A DNA stretch of 64,000 bases from the human T2T-CHM13v2.0 reference genome, Homo sapiens: the NCBI RefSeq assembly GCF_009914755.1, contig NC_060938.1; one strand, 5' to 3'. Both the position numbers and the translations under genes were made by a program. Of the stretch, positions 59,201-64,000 are shown one piece after another (within the stretch, counting starts at the first letter, position 1; every line of letters starts with the position of its first letter). The notes under the pieces are model-generated. The model saw nothing but the letters and a program-made list of their open reading frames with translations. It did no database searches and had not been told where the DNA came from.

Positions 59201-62200
59201 TTCCATTCTATTCAATTACATTCCTTTCCTTTCCATACCATTCCATTCCATTGCATTCCACTTGGGTTTATTCAGTTGCATTCTATTCCATTCCATTCCA
59301 TTCCATTCCATTCCATTCCATTCCATTCCATTCCATTCCATTCGGGTTGATTCCATTCAATTCTATTCCATTCCATTCCATTCCAGTCGAGCAGTTTCAA
59401 TTCCATTCTATACCTCTCCATTCCATTTCATTCAATTCCATTCCTTTCCATTCTATTCCACTCTGGGTGACTCAATTCCATTATATTGTATTCCATTCCA
59501 TTCAATTACATTCCTCTCAGGTTGATTCGATTCTGTTTTCCATTCTATTCCATTCCATTCCATTCCACTCGGGTTGATTAAATACCATTATATTCCATTA
59601 GATTCTGTTCCATTCCATTCCATTCCATTCCATTCCATACCATTCCATTCCATTCCACTCGGTTTAAATGAATTCCAGTCTTTCCATTCCATTCCATTCC
59701 ATTCCATTCTACTCGGGTATATTCAATTGCATTCTGTTGTATTCCATTCCATTCCATTCCATTACATTCCATTCCATTCCATTCCACTCCATTCCACTCA
59801 TGTTAATGCAATTCATTTCTATTCCATTCCATTACATTCCATTCCATTCCACTCCATTCCATTCGGTTTGATTCCATTCCATTCTATTCAATTACATTCC
59901 TTTCCTTTCCATACCATTCCATTCCATTGCATTCCACTTGGGTTTATTCAGTTGCATTCTATTCCATTCCATTCCATTCCATTCCATTCCATTCCATTCC
60001 ATTCCATTCCATTCCACTCGGGTTGATTCCATTCAATTCTATTCCATTCCATTCCATTCCAATCGAGCAGTTTCAATTCCATTGTATACCACTCCATTCC
60101 ATTTCATTCAATTCCATTCCATTCCATTCTATTCCACTCTGGGTGACTCAATTCCATTATATTCTATTCCATTCCATTCAATTCCATTCCTCTCAGGTTG
60201 ATTCGATTCCGTTGTTTTCCATTCCATTCCATTCCATTCCATTCCATTCCATTCCACTCGAGATGATTAAATACCATTCCATTCCATTCCATTCCATTCC
60301 ATTCCATTCCATTCCATTCCATTCCATTCCATTGCATTCCATTCCATTCCATTCCATTCGGGTTGATTCAATTCCATTCTATACCATTCCATTCCATTCC
60401 ATTTCGTTCAATTCCGCTCGAGTTGATTCAATTCCATTCTATTCCATTCCATTCCATTCCATTCTACTCTGGTGGGTTCCATTACTTTCTTTCCATTCGA
60501 TTCCATTCCATTCCATTCCATTCCATTCTATTCCATTCCATTCCATTCCATTCTACTCTGGTGCGTTCCATTACTTTCCTTCCATTCGATTCCATTCCAT
60601 TCCATTCCATTCCATTCCATTCCATTCCATTCCATTCCATTCCACTGAATTCCCTTCCTTTCCATTCCATTCCATTTAATTCCACTCGGGATGATTCATT
60701 TCCATTGAATTCCAATCCATTCCATTCCTTTCCCCTCTGGTTGATTCAATTCCATTCTACTCCATTCCATTCCATTCCATTCCATTACACACGGTTTGAT
60801 TCAATTCCATTCTATTCCATTACATTCCATTTAACCCCATTCCATTCCATTCCACTCCATCCCATTCCATTCCATTCTGCTCGGATTGATTCAATTCCAT
60901 TCTAATCCATTCCATTCCATTCCATTCCATTCCGCTCGTGTTCATTCAATTCCATTCTATTCCATTCCATTCCATTCCATTCCATTAAATTCCACTCGTG
61001 TTCATTCAATTCCATTCTATTCCTTTGCATTCCAATCCATTCCATTCGGGTTGATTCAATTCCATTCTATACCATTCCATTCCATTCCATTCCATTCCAT
61101 TCCATTTCATTCAATTCCGCTCAAGTTGATTCAATTCCATTCTATTCCATTCCATTCCATTCCATTCTACTCTGGTGGGTTCCATTACTTTCCTTTCCAT
61201 TCGATTCCACTCCATTCCATTCCATTCCAGTCCATGCCATTCCATTCCATTCCACTGCATTCCCTTCCTTTCCATTCCATTCCATTTAATTCCACTCGGG
61301 ATGATTCATTTCCATTGAATTCCATTGCATTCCATTCCTTTCCCCTCGGGTAGATTCAATTCCATTCTACTCCATTCCATTCCATTCCATTGCATTCCAT
61401 TCCACACGGGTTGATTCAATTCCATTCTATTCCATTGCATTCTATTTAACTCCATTCCATTCCATTCCATTCCATTCCATCCCATTCCATTCCATTCCGC
61501 TCGGATTTATTCAATTCCATTCTAATCCATTCCAATCCATTCCATTCCATTCCATTCCATTCCATTCCATTCCATTCCATTCCATTCCATACGGTTCGTG
61601 TTCATTCAATTCCACTCTATTCCATTCCATTCCATTCCATTCCAATCCATTCCATTCCATTCGTGTTGATTCAATTCCATTCTATGCCATTCCATTCAAT
61701 TCCGTTCCTTTCCATTCCATTCTATTCCATTCCATTCCATTCCATTCAATTCCTCTCGGGTTGAGTCGATTCCATTCTGTTCCATTCCATTCCATTCCAC
61801 TCGGGTTGATTAAATACCATTATATTCTATTCCATTCCATTCCTTTCCATTCCATTCCATTCCATTCCATACCATTCCATACCGTTCCATTCCATTAAAC
61901 TCGGTTTAAATGAACTCCAGTCTATTCCATTCCAATCAATTCCATTCCATTCCATTACACTCGGGTTAGTTGCATTTCATTCCATTCCATTCCATTCCAT
62001 ACCATTCCATCCCATTCCACTCGGTGTTGATTCAAATCCATGCTATTCCATTCCATTACATTACATTACATTCCACTCGAGTTGATTCAGTTCCATTCTA
62101 TTCCCTTCCATTCCATTCCACTCCATTCCCTTCCATTCCATTCCACTCAGGTTAATTTAATTCAATTCTATTCCGTTCCATTCCATTCCATTCCTTTACA

Positions 62201-64000
62201 CTCAGGTTGATTGAATTCCACACCCTTGTATTTCACTACGTTCCATTCCATTCTATTCAATTCCATTGATTCCATTCGTGTTGATTCCATTCCATTACAT
62301 TCCATTACATTCCTTTCCTTTCCATTCCCTTCCATTCCATTCCACTGCACTCCATTCCATTCCATTCCGTTACATTCCATTCCCTTCCATTCCACAAGGT
62401 AGTTGATTTAATTCCATTCTATTCCATTCTATTCCATTGTATTCCATTCCAATCCATTCCATTACGTTCTATTCCACTCCATTCCATTCCTTTCCATTCC
62501 ATTCCATTCCATTCCATACCACGTGGGTTGATTCAATTCCATTCTATTCCATTGCATTCCATTCCATTCCTTTCCATTCCATTTCATTCCCTTCAATTCC
62601 ACTCGGGTTGATTCATTTCCGTTCTATTCTACTCCATTCCATTCCTTTCAATTCCATTCCACTTGGGTTGATCCAATTCCTTTCTATTCCACTCCATTCC
62701 ATTAAATTCGATTCCATTCCATTCGATTCCCCTCCATTCCATTCCATTCCACAGGGGTTGATTCAATTCCTATCTGTTACCTTCCAGTCCTTTCCATTCA
62801 ATTCCATTCCATTCCATTCTATTCCACTCCATTCATTTCCTTTCCATTCCATTCCATTCCAGTCCATCCCATCCCAATCTGTTCCACTCGGGGTTGATTC
62901 AAATCCATTCTATTCCATTCCATTCTATTCCATTCCATTCCATTCTACTCGGGTATATTCAATTGCATTCTGTTGTATTCCATTCCATTCCATTCCATTC
63001 CATTCCATTCCATTCCATTCCACTCCATTCCACTCATGTTAATGCAATTCATTTCTATTCCATTACATTACATTACATTACATTCCACTCCATTCCATTC
63101 GGTTTGATTCCATTCCATTCTATTCAATTACATTCCTTTCCTTTCCATACCATTCCATTCCATTGCATTCCACTTGGGTTTATTCAGTTGCATTCTATTC
63201 CATTCCATTCCATTCCATTCCATTCCATTCCATTCCACACGGGTTGATTCAATTCCATTCTATTCCATTACAATCCATTTAACTCCATCCCATTCCATTC
63301 CATTCCGCTCAGATTGATTTGATTCCATTCTAATCCATTCCATTCCATTCCATTCCATTCCGCTCGTGTTCATTGAATTCCATTCTATTCCATTCCATTC
63401 CAATCCATTCCATTCCATTCCATTCCATTCGGGTTGATTCAATTCCATTCTATACCATTCCATTCCATTCCATTCCATTCCATTCCATTTCGTTCAATTC
63501 CGCTCGAGTTGATTCAATTCCATTCTATTCCATTCCATTCCATTCCATTCTACTCTAGTGGGTTCCATTACTTTCCTTTCCATTCGATTCCATTCCATTC
63601 CATTCCATTCCATTCTATTCCATTCCATTCCATTCTACTCTGGTGGTTTCCATTACTTTCCTTTCCGTTCGATTCCATTCCATTCCATTCCATTCCATTC
63701 CTTTCCACTGAATTCCCTTCCTTTCCATTCCACTCCATTTAATTCCACTCGGGATGATTCATTTCCATTGAATTCCACCCCATTCCATTCCTTTCCCCTC
63801 GGCTTGATTCAATTCCATTCTATTCCATTCCATTCCATTCCATTCCATTCCATTCCATTCCACACGGGTTGATTCAATTCCATTCTATTCCATTACAATC
63901 CATTTAACTCCATCCCATTCCATTCCATTCCGCTCAGATTGATTCGATTCCATTCTAATCCATTCCATTCCATTCCATTCCATTCCATTGCATTCCGCTC
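50293..64000 (+). repeat. Classical Satellite III (HSat3): (CATTC)n with interspersed ACTCGGGTTG motif
   Basis: Long pure CATTC runs punctuated every ~50-80 bp by CTCGGGTTGATT and variants; runs off the window end. Confidence 0.97.

Noticed and set aside
12659-64000. Hundreds of ORFs, up to 624 aa (HSIPF/STPLH or MEWNG repeats)
   Set aside because: CATTC/CACTC pentamers and their complements have no stop codons in any frame, so long overlapping ORFs are expected; no coding signal.

Overview
Primate (human/great-ape-like) genomic DNA spanning a unique-sequence-to-heterochromatin boundary; I found no credible intact protein-coding gene. Bases 1-12.67 kb are AT-rich and carry typical interspersed repeats: Alu, MIR, L2, MER5A, MER21, a MER34-type solo LTR with a 4-bp TSD, a 5'-truncated L1PA with TSDs, and L1M/L1PA fragments. 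From 12,672 onward the window is Satellite III (HSat3, CATTC-based) in three domains. (1) 12.67-49.12 kb is a composite satellite: mixed CATTC/CACTC pentamers interrupted about every 400 bp by the same ~60-bp antisense Alu 3'-end fragment (about 89 copies by eye). The diagnostic variants of this fragment expose nested ~2, ~3, ~4.7, ~7.6 and ~8 kb higher-order duplications. (2) 49.12-50.29 kb is a 1.17-kb inverted (GGAAT-strand) block with palindromic junctions. (3) 50.29-64 kb is classical HSat3 with the CTCGGGTTG motif and ~0.6-0.7 kb and ~5.5-6 kb higher-order structure. The many long ORFs in the satellite are pentamer artefacts. Repeat family names come from recalled consensus sequences, not from a database search. 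Counts and offsets were read by eye and are approximate.
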